Shown piece by piece: positions 37,601-51,200 of a stretch of 64,000 nt of DNA. The stretch spans positions 502,648-566,647 of the forward strand of contig NW_018408610.1 of NCBI RefSeq assembly GCF_002113885.1. The letters are read 5' to 3'. How positions within the stretch are numbered: position 1 is the first letter of the stretch; each line of letters begins with the position of its first letter. The position numbers and the translations under genes are program-made. The notes beneath the pieces were generated by a model. The model searched no databases, was not told where the DNA came from, and worked only from the letters and a program-made list of their open reading frames with translations. The stretch is from Mizuhopecten yessoensis (lineage: Eukaryota).

Positions 37601-40600
37601 TATTTCAACAACAAAAATAAATACTGTAGGACTCAGGTGACCATTAAGGCCTATGGGCCTCTTGTTGTATGTCAACATATATTACATTAAAGGCACACAA
37701 GTCTGAGGACCCAAGCTGCGAAAGGTAAGAAAGGTGGCGCTGCAGTTGCCAACTTAATTAGTCTATTTAAGGAATAAACACTGTTTCAATGTGTATTCCA
37801 TGCCAATACATTTATTTACGCTAAAAAAAAAAAAAAGTATCGTGGGTGGCCATGCAACACCTATTTTCAAAAATCTTCTTCTCAAGACCCAGATATGGTA
37901 GAATCAAATATTCTTCATAGATGGAATGTTCTTAAATATAAGGTGCTTTACCAAAATTGTGAATTTCATGACCCTGGGGTCTCACTTTTCCCTCAGAGGA
38001 GGGGGTAAAATTTGCTATAGTTTATATAAGAGAAATTACCTTTTTGAGCATCATTTGTTGAATTGTCATCAGAAATAATCAAAATTTGGTTAGATTTATT
38101 AGTATGGGATGGCAGTTTGATGGTATGCACATATTGGCCCTGACTAACCCCAAGGGGAAGATGAGCCCGGCGAGGCCAAAAGGGGTCAAATTGACTGAAA
38201 TATATTAGAACTCATGATCAGGTGACCGTTAAGGCCCCTCATGGGCATCTTTTATGAATGCAAATTGTTTTGCCATGGGCCTATGTGAACATTTCAGAGA
38301 ATAAACGTGAACTTGTATTAACCATATTCTGTTAATGAGGGGTGGAATTAAAAAGAGTGGAAGCGCACTGGTCCAACACATCGATCATGCAAGTGCTGCA
38401 TGAAGGCCCCTCGATCCGCTAGCAATAGCTATGGCTCAGTTTAGGGTGGTCCGGGGTATTTTCAAATCTAAAAGCTAGCTCTGCACACGGTGCAATCTGG
38501 TACATTTTGTGCTTAAAATAAAACTTTTCAAATCAGCTGAAAGTTAAGATAATTTAACAAAATTATAAGATAACGTCCGATTCCTGTATTTATACAATTG
38601 GGTTAAAAAACCCACTGGTCTACCTGAAAAACTATGGTCTCGGACGATTGGCTAATTCCACCCCTGTAACTAATAAGCTGAGCATTAGTAAGCAGTATTT
38701 GTTTGCATGGTTTGTCTCCCTGGTAACACAATATATTGTTGTTCAACCCATTTTATCCTGAATTCTTCTACAGTACAGTCGTAGTTCCCCATTGCATCCG
38801 TTATAGGACCTGGGTTATAGTTTAAGGTAATAGGATTGTGTCGTTATTTCTCAGTAGAATTTCTTCAAATTTTGTAATTATATTGCTTCGAAGTAAAGAA
38901 AAATTTCTGCCACAAAAAAAATATAGGTTGTCATAATTTTAAGGAATTTAAATTGGAAATTTATGTAAAAAGGGGTGACTTTTGAAAAAAAAATGAAAGA
39001 CACAATTTGTTGCAAAATAATGTCAGTAAAAATGATACTACCATAGATTAGTATTACATTAATGTATATCAATTTGCTAAATGCTGAAATTATGTCAAAT
39101 AAATGATCTTTAAAGGATAAAAAATTGACATTTTATGATAAAACCATATGCACATAGTTATTGTGGGTAAGAGTTATCTTTCTTGAAAAACTTTACAGTA
39201 GTGAAATAGGTAGCGGGTTTCCTGAAGTACAGAAAAATGGATACATGTGGCTCATTGATTAAAAAATACCTGAATTAATGCCTGCATTGCTTTGAAATAC
39301 TTTAATATTGAAAGAAAACACTGTTCTGTCAATAATAAACATACAACATTCATCAGTTTAATATTAAACATTCGAATATGCGGAAATTGTGATATGTACT
39401 GTCTCCCTACATTGGATTTTCAACTAGGGATGTACTTCCTACTTCCATTTATCAATACACTCCTATGACCTTTAAGACTTTTTTGGATACATCTCGTAGA
39501 AAAACAAGTAAAAGGTATCTAAGATATAACATGTATTTGATACAGAAAAATCATTACTTTTTTTTCTGTTTTCTAGAGCAAAAAAAACATGGAAAGGCAC
39601 TTCAAAAAGTTTTTCAAATGACTCCCTCAGCAAATGGAAGTAAAGAGACACAGGTTATGGCTGTGTTGGCTCATCACCTGTTTTCCCAGTTGGTGCCAGG
39701 CAAGAAGTATGAGGTAGATGAATTCGCAAAGCAAGTCCCAAAAGAATGCGGCTGTGGTTGTAAGGCTGATGTTTGTGGAGGAAATACTGCAGTAGGTAAG
39801 ATCAGTTATGTTTTTAGGTCATCTGACCCGAAGGGTCACCGGATGACCTCTAGCAATCCTGTTTTGTCTGCCGTTGTCCGTAAAATTTTCACATTTCAGA
39901 CCTTTCTTAAGGGATTCAGCTCAAACTTCTATGAAATGATCCTAAGATGGTCCTGGCCAAGTGTTGTTATATTTCGGGTCGGTCGAAGATCAAAGATGGC
40001 CGCCATCTTGGAAAAAAAACTATTTTGAACTTCTTCTCAATTTCCACCAGGGGGATTCGGGTCAAACTTGTCTGAAACATTCTTGAAAGTGTTGTTATTA
40101 GTCCCTCACTGGATTTTGATCAAACTTGATCGAGTTTCAGGGTTGTTGGGTCAAGGTAAAGGTCAAGGTCACCATAACTATTTTTTTAGAAAATCCTTGT
40201 CAGCACTCTTGCAGCTTCATTCCTTGAGGGATTTTGATCTGGGACAAATTCGAATTTCAGGGTTGTTCAAGGTCAAGGTCCACGTTACTTTTTAGGTCAT
40301 CTGACCCGAAGGGCTGACCCCGGCATTGTCCACCGTGCGTAAACTTTTCACATTTCAAACTTCTCCTCAAGTTCCACATATATAGGATTTAGCTCAAACT
40401 TACCTGAAATGATCCTGAGATGGTCCTGACCAAGTGTTGTTATTTTTCGGGTCAGTGCGAAATCCAAGATGGCCACCATCTTGAAAAACACATTTTAAAA
40501 TTCTTCTCCAATTTCACTGGTGCCATTGAGTTGGAAATTGGTGAGGATGTTAAGGAAAGGAAGCTGACAGAGTGTTGTTATTTTCTGGCCTGGTTAAAAC

Positions 40601-42896
40601 TTCGACACTGCAGCAAGGCTGCCATTTTGTAACATGATTGCGCAAACATGGTTTTCCTGAACAAAACCTATTTTAAACTTCTTCTCAAGTTCCACCTGTT
40701 GGATTCAGCTCTAACTTTCCTGAAATGGTCCTGACCAACTGTTGTTATTTTTCGGGTCGGTTCGAAATCCAAGATGGTCTACAGTTCAGTCAGATAATGT
40801 GTTATTTTCCTAATTTTTGGCATGGATGTTCTAACAAGGACAATATGGATTTAATTTGGGAAAATAATTCTTATTTTTGTAAATTTTGAACGTGTTTTGA
40901 ACTTATCTTTTCTATGGCAATTCCTCGGTTAAAGTTTTGGTGCAAGTTTCTTCAGTGGTCTACAGTTCAGTCAGATCATGTGGTAGTATTGTCCTTATTT
41001 TGGCATGGATGTTCATATGGGGTCTAATAAGGACAATATGGATTTGATTTGGGAAAATAATTCCTATTTCTGTAAATTTTGGACGTGTTTGGGACTTACC
41101 TTTTCTTGGGCAATTTCTCAGTTAAAGTTTTGGTGCAAGTTTCTTCAGTGATCTACAGTTCAGTCAGATCATGTGGTATTGTCCTAATTTTGTCCATGGA
41201 TGTTCACTAAGTGTGGGGTCTCACAAGGACAATATGGATTTAATTTGGGGAAATGATTTCTATTTTTGGACCACTTTTGGGTCTACTGAAACTGAAACTG
41301 ACAGACAGCATACAAATCGTTGGTGAGATCCGTCCTGGAATACAGCTGTACGATATGGGACCCTTACCTGTACCAACAAAACAACATCCACTCGCTGGAA
41401 AATGTACAACGCCGCGCTGCCCGATTTATAACATCAAACTATAGAAGGGACAGCAGTGTAACAGAAATAATGGGCACTCTAAAACTAACACCACTAAAGG
41501 ATCGCAGGAGAGACCATCGGCTTGCCCTCTTTTATAAGATCGTGAAGGGGCTGGTGGCCATACCTGTAGATCACATATTGGCTCCATCAAACACCCGTAC
41601 CAGATAAAAAAATAGTGAAAATTACCGACATTTCCAGTGTAATACGGACATTTTCATTTTTTCCTCGAACAACAACAGAGTGGAATAATCTACCAGAAGA
41701 CCTCGTCAAAATGCAAGAACTTAAAAGCTTCAAGACAGCACTTCAAACTGAAACAATATAAACTAAAAGCGCACTCCTCCAACCCTGGAATTTATACTCA
41801 AATTTGAGGTCTTCCAGTAATATACAGATACAGATACTGCATGCCCTGATAAAGAGGCATTATGCAGTACATTAGCAAAGAACCAATTACATTAAATGTT
41901 AATAGTATAGTGATGACTATCACTCTTGGTAACAAAAGCATCAGTGCAAGCATTTTAAAACAATCATTGGATAGGGTCAGACGGGTGATTATGCATCCGT
42001 TTGCGGTGCTCGTGTTTTTTTTGTTGCTTGAATATTCAGTTGAGCAATACAGGTGCACTGGGCCTCTTGTATTTCTTAGTTAAAAAAAAGAATATTTATT
42101 GTAAAAAGCAATAATTATCATAATATCAGATATCATAATATGTGATGGTTCCACTGTATAAGAATTGATCCTGGGGTCTGCCCCTTTTATGAATTCAAAT
42201 AAGGGGAATGGTACATTCATATTTATTGTCTCAACAGGGTCACCAGGAACATGGCATGGCAGAGTAGATATTTTGCTGAATCATACAATTGCTGTGACAG
42301 TTTTAAAGAAGCAAATTGTCAGCAAAGAGGAAGAGGAAGAAGACGTGGATGAAAATGAAGGTGAAACTGAATGGAAAAGAAGAAAGGTGGAGAGTTGTGA
42401 TATCTGTGTTGAAGAGAAAGCTGGCAAGAAGCATGACATTGTTCTCTTAGATCAGAAAGTCATTCAACAAATCTTGGCTGAAGCTATAACAAATGGCTTT
42501 GCTCAAGTTAACATGAATAGGGGCTCACTGTCACACTTCCTGATTCCGACGTTTGGAGCCACGCCAGAACATGTTACTATCTGTCTGTATGACCCTGAAA
42601 ATGACTACTTATTGCACATCCAGGAACAGCTTCCGTTATTTTTTCATTCAGGTCTGATCACAGACCAGCTAGATGAGGTTACTGTAATAATCATTTGGCT
42701 TTTCTTGAATTTCACTCTGTTTACTAAAGAAAATATTAGTTCTTTTATAGATCTTGAGAAGTCAGGATTACATAAAGATTTAGAGGAATTTCTGAAGTTT
42801 TACAAAAAGGCAGAAACAAGGATAAATTTTGTTTCACAGACATCTACCGCATCCTGTTTCCAATCTATCCGCACCAAGAAGTGTGTTGCCAAGTAA
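34640..42896 (+). CDS. Paralog B: uncharacterised three-exon gene with a C-terminal PD-(D/E)XK-like nuclease motif set; exons ~34640-35051, 39577-39795, 42238-42896
   Basis: Phase-1 GT-AG junctions give one open frame: ...FLR|EQKKHG...CGCGCKADVCGGNTAV|GSPGTWHGRVDILL...DICVEEK...QILAEAITNGF...FLIPTFG...LYDPENDYLL...*. The same exon structure occurs in paralog A. Start codon not identified. Confidence 0.82.
35110..38250 (+). mobile_element. Cluster of Helentron/HINE-like non-autonomous repeats with internal tandem units
   Basis: Starts such as ttaactcacctcgtccgaagggccgatgagcttatgccatgg followed by cgtc microsatellite; ends caggtgacc.ttaaggccc...gggcctcttgtt; ~150-bp ggggcccaataggggaaatatagcaaa units. 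Confidence 0.7.
38337..38666. mobile_element. Small hAT-like MITE
   Basis: TIR aggggtggaatta / taattccacccct. TSD not convincingly preserved. Confidence 0.55.
39810..42070 (+). mobile_element. HINE-like repeats in intron 2 of paralog B, including three ~185-bp tandem units (40785-41270)
   Basis: ttttaggtcatctgacccgaaggg starts at 39811 and 40290; gtctacagttcagtcagat units; end tacaggtgcactgggcctcttgt. Confidence 0.65.
41295..41840 (+). mobile_element. 5'-truncated CR1/L2-type LINE fragment (RT C-terminus and 3' tail)
   Basis: AYKSLVRSVLEYSCTIWDPY...LENVQRRAARFIT...SVTEIM...RRRDHRLALFYKI, followed by a (cagata)n tail. Confidence 0.85.
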
Positions 42897-43181
42897 ACTT
42901 GGCTGCAAATGATCTTTGAAACAATTATCTCTGTCAAATTTTGTACACATCGCCACTATAGTTGGCCATCTTCGATTTTAGGAGAAAGTCTATAAAGTAC
43001 TGGACAGATCTCAAATGTGTTTTGGTGAATGTAAATATAACTATGTATATATTACATTAAAGATAAAATAATATAAACACAATGTAATTTTATGGTTATT
43101 ATACAAATGAAATATGTATCATACAAATGAAATATGTAATATACAAATGAAATGAATATTATGTAATTCAGTCAATGTCAA

Positions 43182-44240
43182 TTTTTAGCTCATCTGCCCG
43201 AAGGGCTAGTGAGCTTATGCCATGGTACGGCGTCCGGCGCCCGCCATCAGCTTAATTTTGCTTTAAACAGCTTTTTCTCAAAAACCAAAAGCCCCAGAGA
43301 CCCGATATTGGGCCTGTAGCATGCTGGGGTGAAGGGCTACCACGCTTGTTCAAATGAATGACCTTGACCTACAATAAAGGTCACAGGGGTCAAATAGGCT
43401 AAACTATTTTAAAAAACTTCTTCTCAATAACCAAGAAGGCCAGAGACCCGATATTGGGCTTGTAGCATGCTTGGGTGAAGGACTACCAAGTTTATTCAAA
43501 TGAATGACCTTGACCTTCACTCAAGGTCACAGGGGTCAAATAGGCTCAAATCTTTAAATGACATTTCTCAATAACCAAGAGGCCCAGAGACCTGAATTTG
43601 GGCCTATATATATATATATATATATAGCATGCTTGGGTGAAGGGCTACCAAGTGTGTTCAAATGAATGACCTTGACCTACATTCAAGGTCACAGGGGTCA
43701 AATAGACTAAAATATTTAAACAACTTCTCAATGTAACCAAGAGGCCTAGAGACATGCTAATGGGCTTAACTTATAGCATGCTGGGGTGGAGGGCTACCAA
43801 CTTGTTCAAATGTATGACTTTGACCTATATTCAAGCTCACAGGGGTCAAATATGCTAAAATCTTTTAAACAACTTCTGGTTAATTACCAAGAGGCCCAGA
43901 TACCTGATATTGGGTTGTGGCATGCTGGGATGAAGGGCTACCGATTGCAAGTTTTGTTCAAATGAATAACATTGACCTACATTCAGGGTCACAGGAGTCA
44001 AAGGTGTTAAAATCTTTAAACAACAATTTCTTGATGAACACGAGACCAAGAGACCTAATATTGGGCCGGTAGTATGCTGGAATAAAGGGCTTCAAAATGT
44101 ATTTTAATGAATAAACCTAGACTACTCTGATATTTGAATGAAGTGGTAATCGGCTTAGTATCTGCATAAATGACCTATGTTAACTTCAAAAGTTGCATTA
44201 TAAACAGGTGAGCGATACAGGCCCATTTGGCCTCATGTGA
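43182..44240 (+). mobile_element. HINE-like element with ~120-bp internal tandem repeats
   Basis: Start ttttagctcatctgcccgaagggctagtgagcttatgccatgg; about 7 units of tgaccttgacctacattcaaggtcacaggggtcaaatag; end caggtgagcgatacaggcccatttggcctcatgt. Confidence 0.8.
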
Positions 44241-44698
44241 GAAAATCTTTGCCAGTGCTCTTATTAATCTAATCTAATTAAAAAAATTAAACCTACATTT
44301 TGACCTTTGACCTACATCAAAGAAAAAGCTTGTCTGGGCTGTTTCTACTTGTCACTGGAACTTCATAACTTGGGTCATGGGTTCACCTAGGTGATGCAGT
44401 GTACCAGCATACAAAGTGGATCCCTCTGACCTACATTTTGACATTTGACCTACATCAAAGGACAAATTCTTTGGGCTTGGTCTCCTGTCACTGGAACTTA
44501 TTACGTGGAGCAAGGGCTCACTTGCTTTGAACTTCTGATATTGCCTACTAAAATAAGTAATATTCCTGAATTCATTTACATTAAAACCACCAAATGCAAT
44601 TTGAATGCGATGGGTCTGTCAAACAATCAGTGTGAAGCATTGGTTCAGCATGATTTTTATCATCTTCGCATTCCTGGCATATAATTTCACATCCTATG

Positions 44699-45272
44699 CA
44701 GGGCTTTATCAGGGGACTGAATGTCGTATGTCGAGCTGGCTCAACATTCAAATTCTGAATGTTGAATGTCTTATGTCGAGTTGGAAAAACATTCAATTTC
44801 TGAATGTTGAATGTCGAATGTCAAGCTGGCACAAAATTCAAATTCTGAATGTTGAATGTTGAATGTTGTATGTCGAGTTGGCTCAATATTCAAATTCTGA
44901 ATGATGAATGTCGAATGTCGAGCTGGTTCAATATTAAAATTCTGAATGTTGAATTTTGTGTGTCAAGCTTGCTCAACATTCACATTCTGAATGTTAAATG
45001 TCATATGTCAATCTGGTTCAACATTCAAATTGTAAATGTTGAATGTCGTATGTCAAGCTGGCTAAATATTCAAATTCTGAATGTTGAACCAGCTGAACGC
45101 TCAAATTCTGAATGTTGAATGTCGAATGTCGAGCTGGTTCAATATTGAAATTCTGAATGTTGAATTTCGTGTGTCAAGCTGGCACAACATTCAAATTCTG
45201 AATGATGAATGTCGTGTGTCAAACTGGTTCAGCATTCAAATTCTGAATGTTAATTGTCGTATGTCGAGCTGG
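44699..45272 (+). repeat. 45-bp tandem array directly behind a CAGGGCTTTATCAGGG terminus
   Basis: Unit gaatgtcgtatgtcgagctggctcaacattcaaattctgaatgtt, about 12 copies. The first 16 nt are identical to the left end of the 21724 element. Confidence 0.9.
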
Positions 45273-45372
45273 ATTGGCCAGCCCGCTCGCCAAGAACGCT
45301 CCAGGAGCTGGGAACATATATTCACATATGCCCAAAAATAAAAGTGATCCTTAGCAAAATGTGAGTAGTTAT

Positions 45373-46015
45373 GTGTGGTTGTAATACAGGAAGTTGTAGT
45401 AATAATAATGTTGTGTGAGGATTAGTTGTAATGGAGTTTGTCAGCACTAGTTTATTTCGCAAGAATAGAACTTTCATTAGCAATCACATTTTGAGTGGTC
45501 GGTAGGTGCAGTGGATAGTGCACTTGCTTTTCACCAAGGTGCCGACTAGGGTTAGATTCCCCGATTAGACTTGAAAAAGGTATGGGGTCACCTGCCCGAC
45601 CACGTGAATTTTCTCCAGGTTATCCGGTTTCCTCCCACAGAAAGACCCCAGTAATATCCGAGTCAACAAGAGAGTTGTAAATATAGGTTGGAAAAGGTTG
45701 TTTTATAATTGTTGTAAAATGAATAAAGTTTATATATAAATAAGATCCATTTAATGTACAATTGCTTGGCTATCACCTTTAGATGGAAAAAGGCACATAC
45801 TAATCAATTAAAATGTTAATCATTACCGGACAGGATATAAGTAATGCGCCGAGGACAATTTTTTTAAAGCACGTATTGTTATCAAATACCTTCCGGATAA
45901 TGAACTCTTATATTTTCATATTCCAATTCCATTTTCAAATGTGTTTTAATTGCACTGTATAAATATTATCATCGGGATAAGCCAGTTAATTGAAATATAT
46001 CGTCACAGAGTTTCA
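45373..46015 (+). repeat. Right copy of the diverged direct repeat (left copy 12600-13020), interrupted by a SINE
   Basis: Collinear similarity resumes (taagatccatt) immediately after the SINE. Confidence 0.8.
45495..45740 (+). mobile_element. tRNA-derived V-type SINE
   Basis: tRNA-like head, V-domain-like ttctccaggttatccggtttcctcccaca, AATAAA tail. Absent from the homologous position at ~12700. Confidence 0.82.
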
Positions 46016-48269
46016 CAAATATTGGTAAACTGATAACCAAATTTCCCTATTTGAACTACACCTTTGACTCTCCAATAGCTTTAAGTCATGGCGCTATCTT
46101 GTCTTACTGTTTCTAACGACAAATTTGTCCTCATTAAGAGAAATGCGTGTGCCTCGTGAAATGACATGTTAGGTTAAGACAAAGACTGCTTATGGCTGAA
46201 CATACCAGTACCGTTATAGCGTTATTGTAGGTATAAAGGAGATTAAGCTCTGTATGTCAGACCGTCCGTTCAAGCGTCCACTAGAGACAGCATCTGATCA
46301 TAACGAACGTCTGTACGTTTAACAACATCATGACAAAAATAAACAAAACTGGAATATTTCATGAAAATGATTTTATTGCAATTTGAGTCTACATTAAATA
46401 ATCGCAGCAGTACAAAGTAAGGAGAGACATATTTCTTAAGCTGATGGAAAAGCCAGAAAGAAAGTTAATATGTACTGTACCATGTAGCTAAGTGTCCATT
46501 TAGATCTCAACAATGGTAATTAAGGTCAAAATCAGGAAAGTCAAGACAATTACTTTTAATTCACGTATCGGAAGGGAAAGACGATATATCAACAGATGTA
46601 TATCATCAAATAAAAAACATATATAAATTGACGTTAAATGTTTATTGACACAACTGATATGGTTATTCGTAAGTTAATAATAAATTAAAAACTTAACATA
46701 ATTTAGACTCATGCACATCTGAATGTGTGACGCTTTATATATCTAAGCACGATTGAGATTGATATTCATGTAGCAGTAACGAAAGACAACCCATTCAACG
46801 AAATGAGTACCCTTATATCATTGCAATATAAAACTATAACTATGCATGCCAATAGTTTTAATAAATCATTTCTGAAAAGAAAACCGGACCTTTAATTTTT
46901 ATTTAAGAAATCATGATAAAATAAACAAAAAGACAACTACAAACAACTGAGCTGCAATGGTCAACGGTAACCCTGTTGCGGTCGCGCTTCAAAAACGCCA
47001 AAGGCGAAACTAAGGGTGGAGTTCTTTAGAACTTGCTTGCAGTGGAACAGGCATCCTTAATGATACTTACTGAGTCCTTTCTGTCAATAACTGAAAATTG
47101 TATTACGTAGAAAATTGCATTATGAGATTATGCTATGCATCAGATCAAATAAGGATAAATCATGAACTTATATATCTAACATAACCAATACATGTTCCAA
47201 GTATATTTTGATAAACGCACAAGAATAAGATAAAAAAAGAGCAAAATGTCTCTAAAGAAAAAAATTATACAAAAATATTGAAAAGGCATAATTATAACAC
47301 ATTTTTTTCAAACAAGCATATTAAATCCACATCATGTCATTCATAATGATAAAATCGTCACAAAGTATTCAACAAATCAAATAAAAATTACTCATAACAT
47401 GTTGACGTACTTAAAAATCTCACAACATTTTCAACAAAACGTAAAAAGATTTTTAAAAATATTTACATACAACCATATAAAACACATAAACTAAATAGAA
47501 CTTGATAAAAGTACACATTTCTTAATGTTTTTATTTCTGTCATATACTCTTTCTACAATGCAAAACAATTTACAAATCACGTTTTGATATGTAACATATC
47601 ATTCCACCCACTACTTCACGTCACAAGAAGCAAAGCTATGACCTCACAACTCTTGGCAGATATTTGCTATATGTAATAATTTCGAGCAAAAAAAATGGTT
47701 ACAATGAATGAATCGACAATACATTTGCGACAATATTTCATATCATCAGTTTATCAAAACAAAAGTATTGAGTACTCATTTCATATTCCCGTCAGTTTTA
47801 GTTAGTAGCTTTATCTGAGATTGTTACTCCAAAATGTTACTCAACTGCAAATCGCTTTATTTTCACCAGAACTTTATTTTTGCATTGATATGCAAGCAAA
47901 GTAATTTGCTTAATTTAATTTTTCGCGCATCTGAATTTCAAACTTAATCCCTGGAAATATTTAAGTAGCATCCTCTCACTCGCAAATTAAAAAAAGCAAG
48001 CAAACTATTACGTCATAAGTTCAAGAAATAAAGTAACCGCAAAAATTAATTAATTGACAGTATACATGAACACAAAACGTCAATTCAGATCTTTACCTCA
48101 GAAGCAATTGAATTTAACACATTATACCCTTATCATATGCTGGAAATTGCATATCTATTATGTTAATCAATTCTCAATCCCAAATTGTATTATCATACTT
48201 AATTATCTCAGAACAGTTTTTCTATAACATTTCCAGGTAGTACACTGGTATCTGTGATGTCACTCTACT

Positions 48270-51200
48270 TCATCGGTATCTGAAAAAGTAATATATACCA
48301 CAATGTAAGTTTCATAACGTGATACATTATAAACTTTATCTGTCTTTTTTTGACCAAAACTATGAACATTTAACAACCTATATGATTCAAAGTCTTAACA
48401 ATATCCATCTCTAAGTAACCTAACTTGCGTAATCCGATATAAGTAATGATAGATACTCATACTGAGTTGAAATTTAATTTTACTATTTCTATCGTCTGAA
48501 ATTTTCTTATTTGCAAGTATGCATTACTGAATATTTCAGCAATTGTCGAAAGATTAAATTACATAATTAGCATTACAATGAAACAATTATCTAATTTATA
48601 ATGACAGATTATGCATTCATGGTTGTTTTATTAATTGATAAATGATAACAACTGACTAATAAACATGAAAACGATCACGATACCTTTTAATGTGTATTAT
48701 TGTATTGCTGCTTTAAGTTGTTTCAAAATCAATATTCAACAAAGAAAATACAGAAAAAAAGTAACTATTTATAATTATTAGTCAAAGATGACATAACAGG
48801 TATATTTTTGATTGATATAAACATCATGACATTGTCAGGGAAATTATTAGTAAACAGCGTAAAATATTTTTGAAATAAAAAAAAAACTTATATCATAATG
48901 GCTGCAAGAGATAGAAACTGCAAATAATTAAATTTCGTAAAATCCGTTAATCTGCGAATTTACATTTCCGCTTAATTTCTTGTGCTTTTTTGAAAATGAA
49001 GGTACTGTGGGGTTATTTGAAAACTTTAATCAGTTTCAGATGTGTATTGCATGAAAAGAAAAAGTGCCACGTAAACTAAACTATTCCCAAAATGTTCATT
49101 TGTTTGAAAATCCTAATTCAAGGAAACTTATAGATTTCACAATAACACAGGAAACTTACCGGTACGATGCGTGATACCTCTCACGATGTCAAAATCCAAA
49201 CAGGAAGAGTTATATACTTACCCATATGAGTTAACCGCATTTGTCATGAGCTGCGGCCGTCTGATTTCGTACTGAAATAAAACAAACGACTCATTTTAAA
49301 ACTTCCACAGCTACATCATCTCAAAATTAAACGCATATTAATTTAAAAAAGAGGAATGTAGTTTCAATTTTAAGCATGATTTTTTGTCTCGTAAAACTGA
49401 ACTTAAGGACAAGAAACGTCATTTGAAAATACATTCGTATTAATAAAACTACCGTGTTCATAACGTCTTTGAAAATTTTGAAAAATTAACCCTTTGAGAG
49501 AAATACGCCAACTGATCACAAGACTAGTATACAAATAAGAGTTGTATCCCATTGTTCTCAATACGAGCCTGAATAATTTCGCCGCAACTACATTCCTTTG
49601 TACCATCTGTTCGATCGCAGGGCATCTTTCATGCAGTGTGGTTATTTTGTACGGCATAGCCGTTTAATATTGGATTTGATGTTTACCGCGTTTAGTTGGG
49701 AAGGAAAACGGAATATCATATATTTACACAATGTAATATTGAATAATTAAAATCTTGTTAATTTAGATTCCCCATTAAGCATTTAGATACGAATGATATT
49801 TTTAAATCCATTTTGTATTACATATTCTTTACATTAATATTAATAATTAAGGTTTATAACTTCTAATTAAACTATTGTATTAATTTGTGTTACCGGCTGT
49901 TCTGTGTTGAGCATATCGTGAAAGGGCTGATGCTCCATCTCTTGTCTCCTATTATAAGGTTGCGGCTTGGACGCGAGATCATCAAACTTAGACATAGTTT
50001 CTGTTCTCTTTTCAGGACTCGACATGTTAGAGGGTTGGTACACCAATGCCTGAAATGAGTAATGTTAAACGTGATTTAGTAAATAGAAATATAGTTTCTG
50101 GCGTAAAAAAAAGAAGATATTATTGTTTGGTGAAAAATGTTCAAGGAATGTTGACACTAAGCCAATTATAGTTATATATAGCTATGTTGGCGCTCTTTGA
50201 TTCACTGAAGTTATAAAATATAACTACATATCTATTAAATTAAAATACTGAAAACCTTTAGAATTATTGAAAATATCTTCGTAATTTAATGGATAGGGCT
50301 CAAACTCAACATAATTACACAATTTTGCTTACTATAGCCAAGTATCAGTTCGAGTGGTTTGTTTTGATTCAACTATAAGATATATGTTGATCATTTTCAG
50401 AATGGATGAGTATCCGCAAACAGACTACAAATGTAATGGGCGGTCAGGGCAATGCCATTTGGAAATGGTATCATCAAAAATAAGTAAACAACTGACCTTT
50501 GACCTACTTTTCGGATCGTTGAGTACTCTGTAGTATCTTCCTTTATCATAAGCCAGCTCGTCCTCGTATATGTTATCCCTGTCCGAGCGTTCCCCGGGGT
50601 AGTAGTTACCGTGTCCTTCTTGCTGGTGGTTACTGATATGTGGACGGTACATCGGGTTAGTCTTCCCCATACCATCCATCGGCACGTTCTCGATCTGGGA
50701 GTTATCCTTCCTTATCTCTTCAGGGTCGGACAGCTTTTCACTTTGAAAAATACATGAATATCTTTAATAATGATTTTTTTCATTTAGTTCTAGCAACATC
50801 CCTTTCATTTCATCATATTTTTTGAATAAACAATAGGATTGAACAGCAGGCTAGGCCTATATAATTTCTCTCCTTAGGTTGACATGACAAAGACAAAGAT
50901 GAAACGGTTCGTAAACAAATATGGATGCAAATTATTAATTATAAGTAGCATAAATTCGCAGTCTATATATAGCAGAAGGTATAGGGGAGATAGCTCAAAG
51001 TATGTTTCGATTATATATAAATATTGAATTGATATCAGAATGTATTAGTAATAGGCAAGAAATGCCCTAATGCTATATTAAACAGAAATTGCTACGATTT
51101 AATTTTAATTTTTATGCAAGTCATTAATGCTCCCTGTGCATACCCTGCTGCTGTTACACGGAGTAGTTAAAAGTATAGAACCATGTAGTATTAATATATA

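Noticed and set aside
44605-45341. ECRMSSWLNIQILNV repeat ORFs
   Set aside because: Translation of a 45-bp satellite with frame changes; no splice or start support.
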